DNA from: an uncultured Thermoleophilia bacterium
GTDB taxonomy: Bacteria; Actinomycetota; Thermoleophilia; UBA2241
Length of the DNA stretch: 64,000 nucleotides
Direction: 5' to 3'
Assembly: GCA_963735345.1 (NCBI GenBank)
Contig: CAVTKL010000013.1
Coordinates: 103,897-167,896 of the forward strand
Under the pieces are notes generated by a model. The model was not told where the DNA came from and ran no database searches. It saw only the letters and a list, made by a program, of their open reading frames with translations. The translations under genes and the position numbers were made by a program. Shown here piece after piece: positions 28,881 to 40,050 of this stretch; position 1 is the stretch's first letter, and each line of letters opens with the position of its first letter.

Positions 28881-30164
28881 ATGCGCCCCGACGAGTCCAG
28901 CACCATCATCCTGAACAGCCGGCTCCGCTCCCCTGGGCCGATGCCCAGCCGCCGCGAGCGCCTCGTCTTCGCCTTGGCCGTCGGGATCATCGCGCTGCAT
29001 GTGTTCATCGACGCCTTTGTCGCTATGGAGCCGGGCGTCGCGCGCTCAGATCACATCATCACTTCAGCCCTTCCGATAGCCGTCTGCGCCTTCGCGATCT
29101 GGCTCTATCCGCGGCTACGGGCGGGAGCGCGCGCGACCATGGCGATCGTCCTCGGCATCCTGGCGCTGTTCGGCGCTGAGGTATCCGTCGGCCACGCGCT
29201 CGCCGCGGGCCCGACGGGCGACGATTGGACCGGCCTGCTGCTCTCGCCCGCGGGACTCGTGCTGGGCGGTCTCGGAGTCCTGCTGCTCTGGCGCTCCCGC
29301 AAGTCAAATGGCCGCAGGCTTCGCCGTCGCGTATTCATCGCCGTCCTCTCGGTGGTGGTCGCCTTCGAACTGGTCCTTCCGGTCGGCGTCGCGATCATCG
29401 CCACGCACCGGGCGCGTGTCCCGGTCGACGTCGTGGACTTTGACCGGCCCTCGGAGGAGATCACCCTTACAGACAAGGATGGCCTCAAACTGGCCGCCAC
29501 CTACGTGCCGTCTGCGAACGGCGCCGTCGTCGTCACCTTCCCGCGAGAATGGACGGCGCGCCAGGCGCAGATGCTCGCCCGCCGCGGCTTCGGGGTGCTC
29601 ATGCTGGACCCGCGTGGCTACGGAGCCAGTGAGGGCGACCCCAACGCTTTCGGCTGGGGCTCCACGCAGGACCTCGATGCCGCCGTGGCCTATCTTCAGA
29701 CCCGCGCCGACGTGAAGGACGGGCGCATCGGTGGTCTCGGCCTTTCTGTGGGTGGAGAGCAGATGATCGAGGCTGCGGCGACGAACGACGGTCTCCGGGC
29801 CGTGGTCTCCGAGGGTGCGGGCGAGCGATCCGTGCGAGAGACCCTGCTCTACGGGTGGCGCGGACTGCCGTCCCTGCCAAACGCCGCCGTGCAGACGGCG
29901 GCGGTCGCCGCCTTGAGCGGCCACGCACCTCCACCGTCTCTGCCTGCTCTTGTATCAGAGATCGCGCCGCGACCCATCCTGCTCATCTACGCCGGCAGAG
30001 GCGGCGGAGGCGAGGAGCTGCAGCCCGAGTTCTTCGCCGCCGCCGCACAGCCCAAGACCCTCTGGTCGATCCCCGAGGCAAGCCACACGGCGGGCATCGC
30101 CGTCCGCCCCGAGGAGTACGAGCAGCGCGTCATTGGCTTCTTCGAGGATGCGCTCCTCCGGTAG
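28881..30164 (+). CDS. Membrane-anchored alpha/beta hydrolase
   Basis: N-terminal TM segments; DPRGYGASEG, GLSVGG nucleophile elbow, ASHT. Confidence 0.85.
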   Translation: MRPDESSTIILNSRLRSPGPMPSRRERLVFALAVGIIALHVFIDAFVAMEPGVARSDHIITSALPIAVCAFAIWLYPRLRAGARATMAIVLGILALFGAEVSVGHALAAGPTGDDWTGLLLSPAGLVLGGLGVLLLWRSRKSNGRRLRRRVFIAVLSVVVAFELVLPVGVAIIATHRARVPVDVVDFDRPSEEITLTDKDGLKLAATYVPSANGAVVVTFPREWTARQAQMLARRGFGVLMLDPRGYGASEGDPNAFGWGSTQDLDAAVAYLQTRADVKDGRIGGLGLSVGGEQMIEAAATNDGLRAVVSEGAGERSVRETLLYGWRGLPSLPNAAVQTAAVAALSGHAPPPSLPALVSEIAPRPILLIYAGRGGGGEELQPEFFAAAAQPKTLWSIPEASHTAGIAVRPEEYEQRVIGFFEDALLR

Positions 30165-30343
30165 TCCCGAGAAGGCGGCGTAGCCCTCGGTGATCGCCAT
30201 TCCTACCTGGGGCTGCTCTCTAGCCTGTGACGGGGCCGGGCCCCACGAAACGGCAACTGAGCGACATGAGCGTGCATCACCTCATCCGTGCCTACGGTCG
30301 CGGCGGGGAGGATCGACGCGCGACTCAGAAGAGCATCGACGGG

Positions 30344-30571
30344 CTAGACTCCGGCACGTCGCCGCCCGACGGCGAAGTACGCAATCGGCCCAACAATGTT
30401 GACGAATGCCAGTGCGGTCCACATGCGCTTGGATCCGTTGATCTGATCCGCTGATCGACGCTTGATGTCGATGAGCGTCGCCACCAGGAGCGCGCCCTCA
30501 ACAGCTCCGGTGACAACGATCAGCCTACGGCTACACCTGCTCAGCTCGCTCCATTTCCTCTTGGCCACCAT
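30344..30571 (-). CDS. Small membrane protein (PLDc N-terminal-like)
   Basis: LIDIKRRSADQINGSKRMW...VNIVGPIAYFAVGRR. Confidence 0.8.
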   Translation of the reverse strand: MVAKRKWSELSRCSRRLIVVTGAVEGALLVATLIDIKRRSADQINGSKRMWTALAFVNIVGPIAYFAVGRRRAGV

Positions 30572-30747
30572 GACAACTCCGTGTGTCGCATGACAGGGAT
30601 CCCCACCGGCCTCCACTCTACATCAGCGGACCTCCAGGATCCGACCCCTGGAAGTGACGCGCGGCCGTCGTGCAGGGCAGCGAGCACGAGGGACACTGCT
30701 CCGCTGCTGCCGGTCCGAAGGCGCCGCCCGCCAACGCCCCCACATCG

Positions 30748-31176
30748 CTACCGATCGAGCTTCTCGATTCGCGCTTCGTGCCGCCCCCCGTCGAACGCGG
30801 TGGACAACCAGACTTCGACGATCGCCAGCGCTTCCTGCTCCGAGAGGAGGCGCTGGCCGAGCGAGATCATGTTCGCGTCGTTATGAGCGCGAGCGAGTCT
30901 CGCGGACTCCTGGTTCCAGACCACGGCGCAGCGTACCCCGCGCAGGCGGTTGGCCGCCATGGCTTCGCCGTTGCCGGAACCTCCGAACACGATCCCTCGT
31001 TCGCACTCCCCGCGCGTGACCGCGAGCGCCGCGGGACGCACGAAGTCGGGGTAGTCGACCGGCTCCTCGGAGTCGGTGCCGAAATCGACCGCATCGTGAC
31101 CTATCTGACGAAGGTACTGCGCCACTGCTGACTTGTAGCGAAAGCCTGCGTGGTCGGAGGCAAGGGCGATGCGCAT
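30748..31176 (-). CDS. rpiB: Ribose-5-phosphate isomerase B
   Basis: MRIALASDHAG, VDYPDF, GSGNG, ARAHNDANM, FDGGRH..RI. Confidence 0.95.
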   Translation of the reverse strand: MRIALASDHAGFRYKSAVAQYLRQIGHDAVDFGTDSEEPVDYPDFVRPAALAVTRGECERGIVFGGSGNGEAMAANRLRGVRCAVVWNQESARLARAHNDANMISLGQRLLSEQEALAIVEVWLSTAFDGGRHEARIEKLDR

Positions 31177-31261
31177 CACGTCACTCCATGGTCGCCGAGC
31201 ATCACCGTGGTCGCTCGCCGTGTCCGGGAGCGGGCCGTGCGCCTCAGGAATCCTTGGGACC

Positions 31262-32194
31262 CTACTGCCGCTGCAGCCATTTGGCGACAGCGACACCGGC
31301 TCTCGCCCCATCCCCGGCGGCGATGATCACCTGCTTGCCGAGTTGGTCCGTCACATCGCCGGCGGCGAACACGCCCGGGTACCCCGTCATGAGATTGCGG
31401 TCGACCTCTATCTCCCCTGTTCCGTTCACTGGTACAAGACCGCCGGTGAGGTCTTTGGCCGGGATCGAGCCGGTCTCGATGAACACCGCATCGACCGGCA
31501 CAGTCACCTCTCGATCGGCGCCGTCCCGCAGCACGACGGCGGTGACGCGCTCTTCTCCTTCGATGCTTGTCACGTGAGACTCCATGCGCAACTCCACATG
31601 GGCGTCGTCGGCAAGCTTGGCGAGCAGCGTCGGCGACGCTCTCAGCCGTTGCTGCTCGCTGACCAGGACGACGTCAGCGTCGAGCGCGGCGAGCTGAAGC
31701 GCGGCCTCGGCCGCGGACTCACCGGGGCCGACGACGGCGACCGGCCGGCCGCGGAAGAACGCCGCGTCACAGGTGGCGCAGTAGCTGACGCCGCGGCCGA
31801 GCAGTTCCTTCTCGCCGAGCACGGCCAGACGCGCCGGAGCACGCCCCGTAGCGATGATCACCGCGCGTCCAGTCGCCTGGAGCCCCTCGCGTGTGTGGAC
31901 CTCGAAGCGCTCGCCGCCGGGCACAAGGGCGTCGGCATGCCTGCCTGGGAAGACATCGATGTCGAAGTTGTCCACGTGACTTCCGAAGTGATGTGCCAAC
32001 TCGCGCCCGGAGATGAGTCCGAATCCGAGGTAGTTGTCGATCTGGCTGGCCCATTGCGCCTGGCCGCCGACCTCGCCCGTGATCACTGCCGTGGTCAGGC
32101 CTTGACGCGCGGTGTAGACGGCGGCCGCCAGTCCGGCCGGGCCGCCTCCGATGATGACCACGTCGTAGAGATCCCTTGGTTGCTTCTCCGCCAT
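31262..32194 (-). CDS. Thioredoxin reductase/AhpF-like disulfide oxidoreductase
   Basis: IGGGPAG, GGQ, GRGVSYCATCD, GVFAAGD. Confidence 0.9.
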   Translation of the reverse strand: MAEKQPRDLYDVVIIGGGPAGLAAAVYTARQGLTTAVITGEVGGQAQWASQIDNYLGFGLISGRELAHHFGSHVDNFDIDVFPGRHADALVPGGERFEVHTREGLQATGRAVIIATGRAPARLAVLGEKELLGRGVSYCATCDAAFFRGRPVAVVGPGESAAEAALQLAALDADVVLVSEQQRLRASPTLLAKLADDAHVELRMESHVTSIEGEERVTAVVLRDGADREVTVPVDAVFIETGSIPAKDLTGGLVPVNGTGEIEVDRNLMTGYPGVFAAGDVTDQLGKQVIIAAGDGARAGVAVAKWLQRQ

Positions 32195-32327
32195 CAGTTT
32201 CCTTCGCCACGTCGAGTGCGGAACTGCGCACACCGGCAGGATGCCCGCAGGGATGACGCAGTACACCTGCGTACGCGAGTGCGTGGCCGGGAATACTCGT
32301 GGCTACGCCAACGATCCGGGAGAGACC

Positions 32328-32804
32328 ATGACACTCACCGTCACATCCGCGTCCTTTGCCGACGGGAGCTCGATCCCGAGAACGTACACCTGTGAGGGCG
32401 ACGACGTCTCGCCGCCCCTGAGTTGGGACGGGGTCCCGGACGATGCGCGCAGCTTGGTCCTCATCGTCGACGACCCCGACTCACCCGACCCGGAGGCCCC
32501 CAGGCGGACGTGGGCGCATTGGGTCCTCTACAACATCCCGGTGGCCACGACGGGCCTGCCCGAGGCCGTACAGCCGAAGATGCTGCCCGCCGGCGCGGAG
32601 GAGGGGCTCAACGATTGGAGACGCACAGGCTATGGCGGGCCCTGCCCGGCCATCGGCCGCCACCGCTACGTCCACAAGCTCTACGCTCTCGACACGGAAC
32701 TCGCAGGACTACGGGAGCCCACGAAGGCCGAGGTCGAGGCCGCGATGGACGGCCATGTCCTTGCACAGGCGCAACTCATTGGGACGTATCGGAAGATCAG
32801 CTAG
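32328..32804 (+). CDS. YbhB/YbcL (PEBP) family protein
   Basis: YTCEGDDVSPPL, DDPD, HWVLYNIP, GYGGPCP..GRHRY. Confidence 0.93.
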   Translation: MTLTVTSASFADGSSIPRTYTCEGDDVSPPLSWDGVPDDARSLVLIVDDPDSPDPEAPRRTWAHWVLYNIPVATTGLPEAVQPKMLPAGAEEGLNDWRRTGYGGPCPAIGRHRYVHKLYALDTELAGLREPTKAEVEAAMDGHVLAQAQLIGTYRKIS

Positions 32805-33353
32805 CCCGGAGTGTGGGGCCACTGAGCTCACGCCCCCCGCGCAGACCTCGCCTCAACAGCACCCGTTGGCTGATTCAGAACCGCGCCGGGCCTTGTGTCG
32901 AGCATCACGGCCGTCGGCTCTCGCAGGGCCCAGGGATTCTGCGTCGTCGCCCGCTCTCCCCAAATGATCGCGTCGGCGACGAGGCGGCCCGGCAGATGCC
33001 GGCAGATACAGCGGATGGTAGGTGGCGGCCGGCAGGCCGGCCACAGCGTAGCGGCCATGGCTCGGCAACACCTACGCCGAGATCCTCGCCCAGACGGTGA
33101 GCGCTTCATCGCAGTACGGTCCGGAGATCCTCCTGAGGTTCCTGAGCGGGACTCAACGCACGGCAGGCCCCTGCAACTGAACACGAGGAAGCTGGCTTGG
33201 CGGAATCCCTTGAGGATCTGTTTGCGGCCGTCTCGTCGGACAGGTCGCTTCGGTCGCTCCCAGAGCACAGCGCGACAGGGCCGCCAAGAGGGAGCGCAGG
33301 CCATCTCGACGCCGGAGACCGCCGAGAGCCCGGCGCCGTGTGGCGTTGCCGGC

Positions 33354-34355
33354 CTACTCTTGAGTCGCCCCTTCTTTGCCCCTCAGTCGCTTCGTCACAA
33401 ACGGGAAGGGATACAGGACGACGACGACGGCGATGAGGACGCCGACGATGTTGTAGACGAGGCGCATGAAGGCCAGTTCCTTGCCGCTGTCCAGATCGTT
33501 CAGGCTGTAGAGGATCAGAATGGTCGCGGTATAGAACAGCGGCATCTGGCCGATCCTCGCCTTCTTGTACAGGCCGTTGAGCACCGCAAAGAGAACGCCA
33601 ATGAGCACCAGTGCTGTGATCGATTCGATTCTCACCAGCAGGAAGCCCGCGATGAGCGCTCCCCCGACGGTACCGATCGCTCGGGCCCAAGCTCGTCCCT
33701 TGGACATCGTCGGATCAAAACGAACGATGCTGCCGACGGCACTCACTGCCCAGCCTATCTTCGCGAACTCGAAGATGAAGGAGACGGCCAGGGCAAGGGA
33801 TGTGCCGATGCCCATGCGAAACCCCTGTTCGGCAAGCTCCGCATTCGTGGGATCGTGCTTGGGCTTTGGAGGCATCATCGGCTTCCAGACCGGCAGCATG
33901 GACACGAGCGTCGCCCACGCCATGACCAGGGCGAAGGCCAAGAAGTTCGCGGCCGCCTTCTCCGGGCTGCCGGTGTTGAGACCCGCCGTGTAGATCATGA
34001 CGATCGACAGCGCGAGGGGGCCGCCGATACGCCAGCTGGTCAGGAAGCTCAGGTTGAGGGCGGCGAAGAACGTGAAGACGACGGCGAGCCAGGGTATCGG
34101 CGCGACGGTGCCGCCCATCAGGTAGAACCCCATCCCCAGCGCGATCAGGATCGAGCCCATGATGAGCCGGCCGCTGATCCGATTCGGCAACAAGAGGGAG
34201 CTGAAGAAGAAGCCGCCCTGACCGAGGGCGACGATGTAGGTCATCTGGCCGATCAGCACGGCGACGAGCATCGGCAGCATGCAGAGCAGCGCCCGCAGGC
34301 CTTCTGACCAGCTCAGGTTTGACGTCACACGTGAAACGAGTCCGGGTTTGTCCAT
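33354..34355 (-). CDS. FUSC-like membrane protein
   Basis: EGLRALL, RAIGTVGG, RLVYNIVG; many TM segments. Confidence 0.75.
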   Translation of the reverse strand: MDKPGLVSRVTSNLSWSEGLRALLCMLPMLVAVLIGQMTYIVALGQGGFFFSSLLLPNRISGRLIMGSILIALGMGFYLMGGTVAPIPWLAVVFTFFAALNLSFLTSWRIGGPLALSIVMIYTAGLNTGSPEKAAANFLAFALVMAWATLVSMLPVWKPMMPPKPKHDPTNAELAEQGFRMGIGTSLALAVSFIFEFAKIGWAVSAVGSIVRFDPTMSKGRAWARAIGTVGGALIAGFLLVRIESITALVLIGVLFAVLNGLYKKARIGQMPLFYTATILILYSLNDLDSGKELAFMRLVYNIVGVLIAVVVVLYPFPFVTKRLRGKEGATQE

Positions 34356-34561
34356 ACTCCCAAGTGGTAGGGTCCCTGCGGGACCTGACGGAGTCCAGCC
34401 GCTCGAAGGGGCTCCAACCTATGTGCATGCGCGCACTCGGTCAAGCGCAAATGGGCCTGCAAAGAGCGTGACCGCGATCCTGCCGGCTTCGCCGTGCTCC
34501 TTCTCGGCCCGCTCGGCGTAGCAGGAGATGGCACCTCCCGACTCCCTCGCGGCCCGTGGTC

Positions 34562-36388
34562 CTATCGAACGGCCAGGCCGCCCTGGCCGGTCTTACTCTG
34601 CGTATTGCCGGCCAGGTCCGCGGCGTAGACCTTCCACGTGTAGCTGCCGCGGGGCAGGGTGCAGAGGTAGCGATAGCTGATGTTCGCGTTGGTGTTCCGG
34701 AGACCCAGCGCGAGCGTCCTCTTCAACGCGGCGCCCTTGTAGATCTTGACGGTCACCCTCGCCTGCGGGGAGATGGTGTCCGCGACGCGCAGGCGCAACG
34801 TGGCCGTCTTGCCTCTCTGCACGACGGCGTCGGCCAGCACCTTCGTCGTAGGCCGCGTGCCGTCGATGCGCACGGTCACGGTCCGGGTCGACTCGGTGTT
34901 GCCGACCACGTCGGACGAGCGGACCTCATAGACAGAGGCGCCCGGACGACTGACCTGGAACGGGCTCATGTAGCTCGACCAGTCCGAGGCGCCGGCGAGC
35001 CTGTACCGCGTCCACGCGACGCCGGAGTACGCGTCGGTCGCGCGCAGCGTGAGGGTGACCGCGGTCTTGTTCCAGCCGGCGGCATTGGGCGCCGGAGAGA
35101 CCGTCGATCCCGTGACGGGCGCGCCGACGTCGTACGCGTAGGCCGCACCTTGGAAAGCCGCGGCTCCGACGGTCTCGAAGGGCGCCCCCACCAGCGCCGT
35201 GTCGCCGTCGAGCGCCACGCACCACGCGAACCCGTCGTTCCGGAGATCGGTCGTGATCTCGCGCTGGAAGAGCCAGTCTCCCCCGGCGCGCGCGAAGATG
35301 TAGGCCGCGCCGTATGCCCAGTCGCTCGTCTTCCTGCCGCTGGTCGCCGCAATGACGGCCGTCCCTCCGTCGAGAGCGACGCAGCTCCCGAAGAAGTCCT
35401 GCGGTCGGCCCTCTGGAGAGACCATCTTCGCCTCCTGTGCCCATACCGTTCCGGAGCGCGCGAACACGTAGGCGGAGCCGAGCTGATACCCCCCTCCCCC
35501 GTCGGCGCCGATGAGCGCCGCGTCGCCGTCGAGCGCGACTGAGGCGCCGAAACGGTCGACGGCGGCGCCGTCCGCGGCGATCAGATGAGCCTGTTCGCTC
35601 CAGGCGCCTCCCGCCCGGCTGAAGACATAGGCAGATCCCTGGGCGACGTTGCTCCCGACGGTATCGCTGGAGGCTCCGAGGAGCGCCGTGTCGCCCTCGA
35701 TCGCCAGCGAAGAACCGAATCGGTCGCCGACGACCTGATCGGAGGCCAGGAGCCGCGCCTGCTGCTGCCAGCTGCCACCGCTCCGAATGAAGACGTAGGC
35801 GGGATTGCGGCGCGTCTCGCCCATCAGCGGGTAGAACGTCCCGACGAGCGCCGTGTCGCCGTCGACCGCCACCCTCTCTCCGAAGCGATCCGCAGGGGCG
35901 CCGTCCGCGGCGCTCAGCTTGGCCTGTTGCGTCCAGCTACCGCCGGAGCGCACGAAGACGTAGGCGGCGCCCTGCTCGGCGTTGGCGCCGCTGGCGCCGA
36001 CGACGGCCATGTCGCCATCGAGACTCACCGACCGTCCCGAACCAGTCGCTCGGCATACCGTCGGCGGCCGTCAGCTTCGCCTGCTGCGTCCAGCCGCCGC
36101 CCGCGCGCGACGAAGACGTACACCGCTCCCCGGCCCTCGTCCGACGCCGGCGGCGCCGAGGATGGCGGTCGTCCCGTCGACGTCGAGTGAGCTGCCGAAG
36201 GTGTCCTGGGCCATCCCCTCGGCCGCGGTCAATCGTGCCTGTGCGGACGGCGACGGCGCCAGGACTCCCCGGAGGACCTGGCCGGATTCGTCTCGCGCGG
36301 CGGCCGAGGCGACCCGGACGGAGGTCCCTGCGGCCAACAGGAACGCCAGCAGCAGCAGGGTGGCAGGGATGATACGCACGGCTCTCAT
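34562..36388 (-). CDS. Secreted FG-GAP repeat protein with C-terminal Ig-like domains (apparent frameshifts near 36025 and 36135)
   Basis: Repeats of FGxSVALDGDTALVGA...GAAYVF..SGGSW.QQAKL; PNAAGWNKT; signal peptide. Confidence 0.85.
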
Positions 36389-36644
36389 GACGCCCTCCTC
36401 GCACGCGCCGCCCAGTCTGGGCGGCCATGACTGTGTATCCCAGAATAGTCCGCGAACTTTCGGACGACAACGGTCTGAAGGCACAAGGCGCACCCGTCCC
36501 GATCCCCTCCTTCACCTCGCGTGCCCTACGGCACCCGGACCGACAAGCGCCCCTGACCGAGGTCCGCGACGAGCCTCCCGTCATCCGACCAGGCCACACC
36601 GGTGATCATTCCGGCGGAGACACGGGACAGGTCCGCATCGCCCA

Positions 36645-38348
36645 TCAACGTTGTAGGATGTCGACCGTCTCCGTGTCGATGCCGGTCGTGCCGGCAGGGA
36701 ACGCCGGGTTTGCGTCTGTCGTCTGCAGGCTTCCCTGGCCGTCGTAGGCGCGCACCGCGAACACATGTCGGCCTTCCTGCCAGGGCCACTCGTAGCGCCA
36801 GATCACCCAGGTCAGCTGCGAGAGTGGCTGGCGCAGTTGGGCCGGTTCCCACGGTCCGCCATCCACCTGCACCTCGACTTTCGAGATGCCGCGCGACCCT
36901 GCGTCGGCGATGCCGCCGACGGGCACGTACGTGCGCCCGTCTCGGGCGATGAGGGCGGCCGTGTCCACCGTATCGATCACCGAGGTCGTGCGCACTTGAG
37001 CCCGCTCGTCCCAGCCGCGCCCGACCCAATAGCCGGGGGTGAAGTCCGCCACAAGGGCGATCTCCGTGATCCACTTGGGCTGCTTCATCCCGTACGTGTC
37101 CGGGACGTACACGCGCAGCGGAAAGCCGTGGGCCGGGGTCAGCGGCCGGCCATTCCAGGAGTGCGCCAGAATGATGCGCGGATCGGATCGGATCGCGGCA
37201 AGTTCGATGGTCTCGTCGTAGCCGTCATCGGACAGCACGCGCACGGAGCGTGCCGCGGGCAGAGGCTGCGCAGCGGCGAGGACGTCTCGCAGGGAGGGGC
37301 CGCTCCACAGCGTCGTGCCGATGAGCGGCCCCCCGATCGGGTTCTCGACACATGCCAGCGTGACGAACTGATCGCGGGAGACGAAGCGCTGCGTGAGGTC
37401 GTTGTACGCGAGAGCCATTGGCTGCGCGACCAGCCCGCTGATCCGCAGTCGCCATGTGTCGCCATCGATCTGTCTCGGCGTCAGGTTGATGTCCACACGG
37501 AAGTGATCAAGTACGGGTGTGTACTCGGAGCGTGTGCCGGGAACGGGCTTCACGGGTGACGCGGCGTTAGGGAAGGGGATCGGTGCCTTGACCACTGGGG
37601 ACACGCGTGGACCGCCCTCGACGCGCAGGACCTGGGCCACTTCGGCGCCTATCACCACCAGCGTCGCGACGAGACCGCCCATGCGGATGATGAAATGGCG
37701 GCGGTCGAGTCGCACGACGTCGACCTTCTGCTCGGCGCCTTGCGTCGCCGGGGCTTCCGGGATGCGTGCTGCGCTATCAGACGCGCCGGCCGGGCAGGAA
37801 GGCGCCGGCGCGGACACAGGATAGGCAGCCACATACAGCCGGCCCAGCGCCCATCCCCACGCCACGCAGACGCCGAGGATCCAGACCGCACCCACGATGA
37901 CCCAGACAGCGCCCCCTGCGGCGGTCGGGGAGACCTGACGGCCCTCCAAGCTCACCACGATGAGGAACGCGACACCTACGAGAAGGCCGAGGATCGCGCC
38001 CTGGCGCCGTGCGCGCGACGCCTTCGCGGGGACGACGATCAGGAAGAACAGCAGGCCTGCGACCGCGGCTGGCACGAAGACGCTCATCAGGGCCAGAGCC
38101 ACCTCCGCCGTCTTGGCGGTGTCCTTGATGTTGAACCCCAGGACCTCAAGCAGACGCAGTGTCGTCTGCAGGCCGAAGATCACGACGCGCCCGGGCAGGA
38201 CACGCACCAGCAACTCGAAGAGCGCGAACGCAGCGTTCGGCAGGCCGATGAGCGCACCGAGCAGGAGGAGTCCGAGCAGGGCCGCCGCAAGCAGGGCGCC
38301 CGCGGCGAGGCCGGTGAGGCTACGGCTGGCTGCGCCTGTCTTGGTCAC
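36645..38348 (-). CDS. Membrane-bound molybdopterin oxidoreductase (sulfite oxidase family)
   Basis: TLACVENPIGG, HGFPLRVYVP..YGMKQPKW, GYWVGRGW, ISKVEV, VRAYDG. Confidence 0.9.
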   Translation of the reverse strand: MTKTGAASRSLTGLAAGALLAAALLGLLLLGALIGLPNAAFALFELLVRVLPGRVVIFGLQTTLRLLEVLGFNIKDTAKTAEVALALMSVFVPAAVAGLLFFLIVVPAKASRARRQGAILGLLVGVAFLIVVSLEGRQVSPTAAGGAVWVIVGAVWILGVCVAWGWALGRLYVAAYPVSAPAPSCPAGASDSAARIPEAPATQGAEQKVDVVRLDRRHFIIRMGGLVATLVVIGAEVAQVLRVEGGPRVSPVVKAPIPFPNAASPVKPVPGTRSEYTPVLDHFRVDINLTPRQIDGDTWRLRISGLVAQPMALAYNDLTQRFVSRDQFVTLACVENPIGGPLIGTTLWSGPSLRDVLAAAQPLPAARSVRVLSDDGYDETIELAAIRSDPRIILAHSWNGRPLTPAHGFPLRVYVPDTYGMKQPKWITEIALVADFTPGYWVGRGWDERAQVRTTSVIDTVDTAALIARDGRTYVPVGGIADAGSRGISKVEVQVDGGPWEPAQLRQPLSQLTWVIWRYEWPWQEGRHVFAVRAYDGQGSLQTTDANPAFPAGTTGIDTETVDILQR

Positions 38349-38672
38349 CACCACAGGCCGCTGACGACGCACCAAGCTGGGGCGGTTGCCAGCACGGCGA
38401 TGATCACGCCGATGATGAGCAGCGCCACCGCCCGACGCAATGTGGGACGCAACTGCAGCACAGCAGTCCTCCAAGTAGGCGACAGCAGCAGGATACCCCA
38501 CCGAGCGCGCACTCTATCGGTCGGGACGCCAGCGCTCGTCTTGAGGTGCGGACGTCGCCGGAGGAATCGACGAGGCTCCATCCCAGAACGAACTCGCGCT
38601 CTGGATGAAGCAGACGAGAGCTCCGACGAAGCCGAGTCCGGTCTTCTCTCCTCGCCTCCCTGGTTCGTCACG

Positions 38673-39113
38673 CTACGCGCAGTACACTCGCACGGTGTCG
38701 CCGTTCTCGGTATCCACGTTGACCTCTGTCTCGCGCAGCGCCCCGATGAGCTCGTCGATGTCCTCAGGCTTGAAGTTGTTGAAGTCGACGGACATGCCGT
38801 GCTGGGTCATCGTCTCGTTGATCTTGTCCATCGCCAGCGGAGGGATGAGCGACGTGAGCTTGAGCCCTGAGCGCACGAGCACGATGGGGATCTTCACGTT
38901 CACGTTGTCGCGGTTCGCCGCGAGCACCTTGACGTAGAGGTACTTCGGAAGCGCCGCGATCAGGGGTTCGGGGTCGCCCTTGATGGCCGACTCGGCTGAT
39001 CCCGCGGCGGAACCCTTGCGCGCGTCGAGTGCGTCGAGCAGGCGCTCGGCCTCCTCGGCGGTGATCTTGCCTGCAGCGAGCAGATCCAAGATCCGGCTGC
39101 GGTCTTCACTCAT
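38673..39113 (-). CDS. SHOCT-like domain protein
   Basis: MSEDRSRILDLLAAGKITAEEAERLLDAL; VNVKIP. Confidence 0.75.
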   Translation of the reverse strand: MSEDRSRILDLLAAGKITAEEAERLLDALDARKGSAAGSAESAIKGDPEPLIAALPKYLYVKVLAANRDNVNVKIPIVLVRSGLKLTSLIPPLAMDKINETMTQHGMSVDFNNFKPEDIDELIGALRETEVNVDTENGDTVRVYCA

Positions 39114-39126
39114 CGTGGACACCCCC

Positions 39127-39408
39127 TCATTGGACCGTCAGGTCGACGGCCGTCTTCTGGTTGCTGAAGCGGATGACCATCCCGCGCGTCTCGCCGATCG
39201 CCTCGAACGAGCGGACCAGCAGGACGGTGTAGTGGTGGTAGCGTCGGCCGAGAAGGAGCAGCACGGCATCGACGACGATCGTCGGCACGAGCGCCAGAAG
39301 ACCGAGCGCGAGGGCGAAGGGCCACAGGAGGAACACCGGCAGCCAGAGGTGGACCGGTCGACGCGACGACGCGACGGTGAGATCGACGATCATCGGCGGG
39401 ACCCTCAT
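39127..39408 (-). CDS. Small membrane protein
   Basis: LWLPVFLLWP hydrophobic stretch; coupled to the DUF2089-like gene. Confidence 0.65.
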   Translation of the reverse strand: MRVPPMIVDLTVASSRRPVHLWLPVFLLWPFALALGLLALVPTIVVDAVLLLLGRRYHHYTVLLVRSFEAIGETRGMVIRFSNQKTAVDLTVQ

Positions 39409-39788
39409 CGCCTGAGCCTCGCGGCCGCCTCGTCCGCAGTGATCTCGCCGCGCTCGAGCAGACCGAGGGCGTCGTCGCCCTCCGAGGAGGTGACCTCGAC
39501 CAGCTGCAGCTGCTCGACGATGCGATTGAGCCGGTTCTTGACCGTCGGGTAGCTGACGCCAAACGCCCTCTCCATGTCCTTGATCGAGCCGTGGCTGCGG
39601 ACGAACTCGCTCACGAACACCTGGTCGTTGTAGCGCAACCGGGCCAGAGGCGGCAGCTCGAACTCCCCTTCGATGGAGATGCCGGAGTCCATCCGTACCC
39701 TGGTCACCACGAAGTGACGGTGTTCGGTAAGGTCGGTGAGCTCGTGCCAGTCATTCGTCATGAAGTACTCCGTGTCATTGATTCTCAT
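39405..39788 (-). CDS. DUF2089-like HTH protein
   Basis: FVRSHGSIKDMERAFGVSYPTVKNRL; C-terminal LERGEITADEA; TTGACT-17-TAGTAT just upstream suggests a leaderless or short-leader mRNA. Confidence 0.85.
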   Translation of the reverse strand: MRINDTEYFMTNDWHELTDLTEHRHFVVTRVRMDSGISIEGEFELPPLARLRYNDQVFVSEFVRSHGSIKDMERAFGVSYPTVKNRLNRIVEQLQLVEVTSSEGDDALGLLERGEITADEAAARLRR

Positions 39789-39883
39789 GACGTATACTAG
39801 GTCACCATGTAAAGAAAGTCAAGATTCTCATTACAAAACTCAATCCACGCCCGAGGACACTCTGAGGCCTCCGCACGCTGACC

Positions 39884-40047
39884 GACAGGCCCGACGGGTA
39901 TGATGGACCGTGGAGCATTGCGGGTCGGTAGCTGAGGCACGGGGCGGCACGCGCAGAGGAGCCGCCCAGGCAAGACTCGTCTCGTCCGTGTTGCCCCGCC
40001 GTCGGCGAGCCGAGGAGGTCCCGTGTCGACGATCCACTGCGTCCAGC
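39884..40047. repeat. Dispersed intergenic repeat, copy 2
   Basis: Homologous to 27804-27967. Confidence 0.75.
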
Positions 40048-40050
40048 TGC

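Noticed and set aside
32810-33350. Long intergenic stretch as an ncRNA or gene
   Set aside because: No recognisable motif or convincing ORF; probably decayed sequence
34562-36388. Internal repeats as a DGR or variable-repeat system
   Set aside because: Ordinary diverged FG-GAP propeller repeats; no reverse transcriptase or template/variable repeat pair
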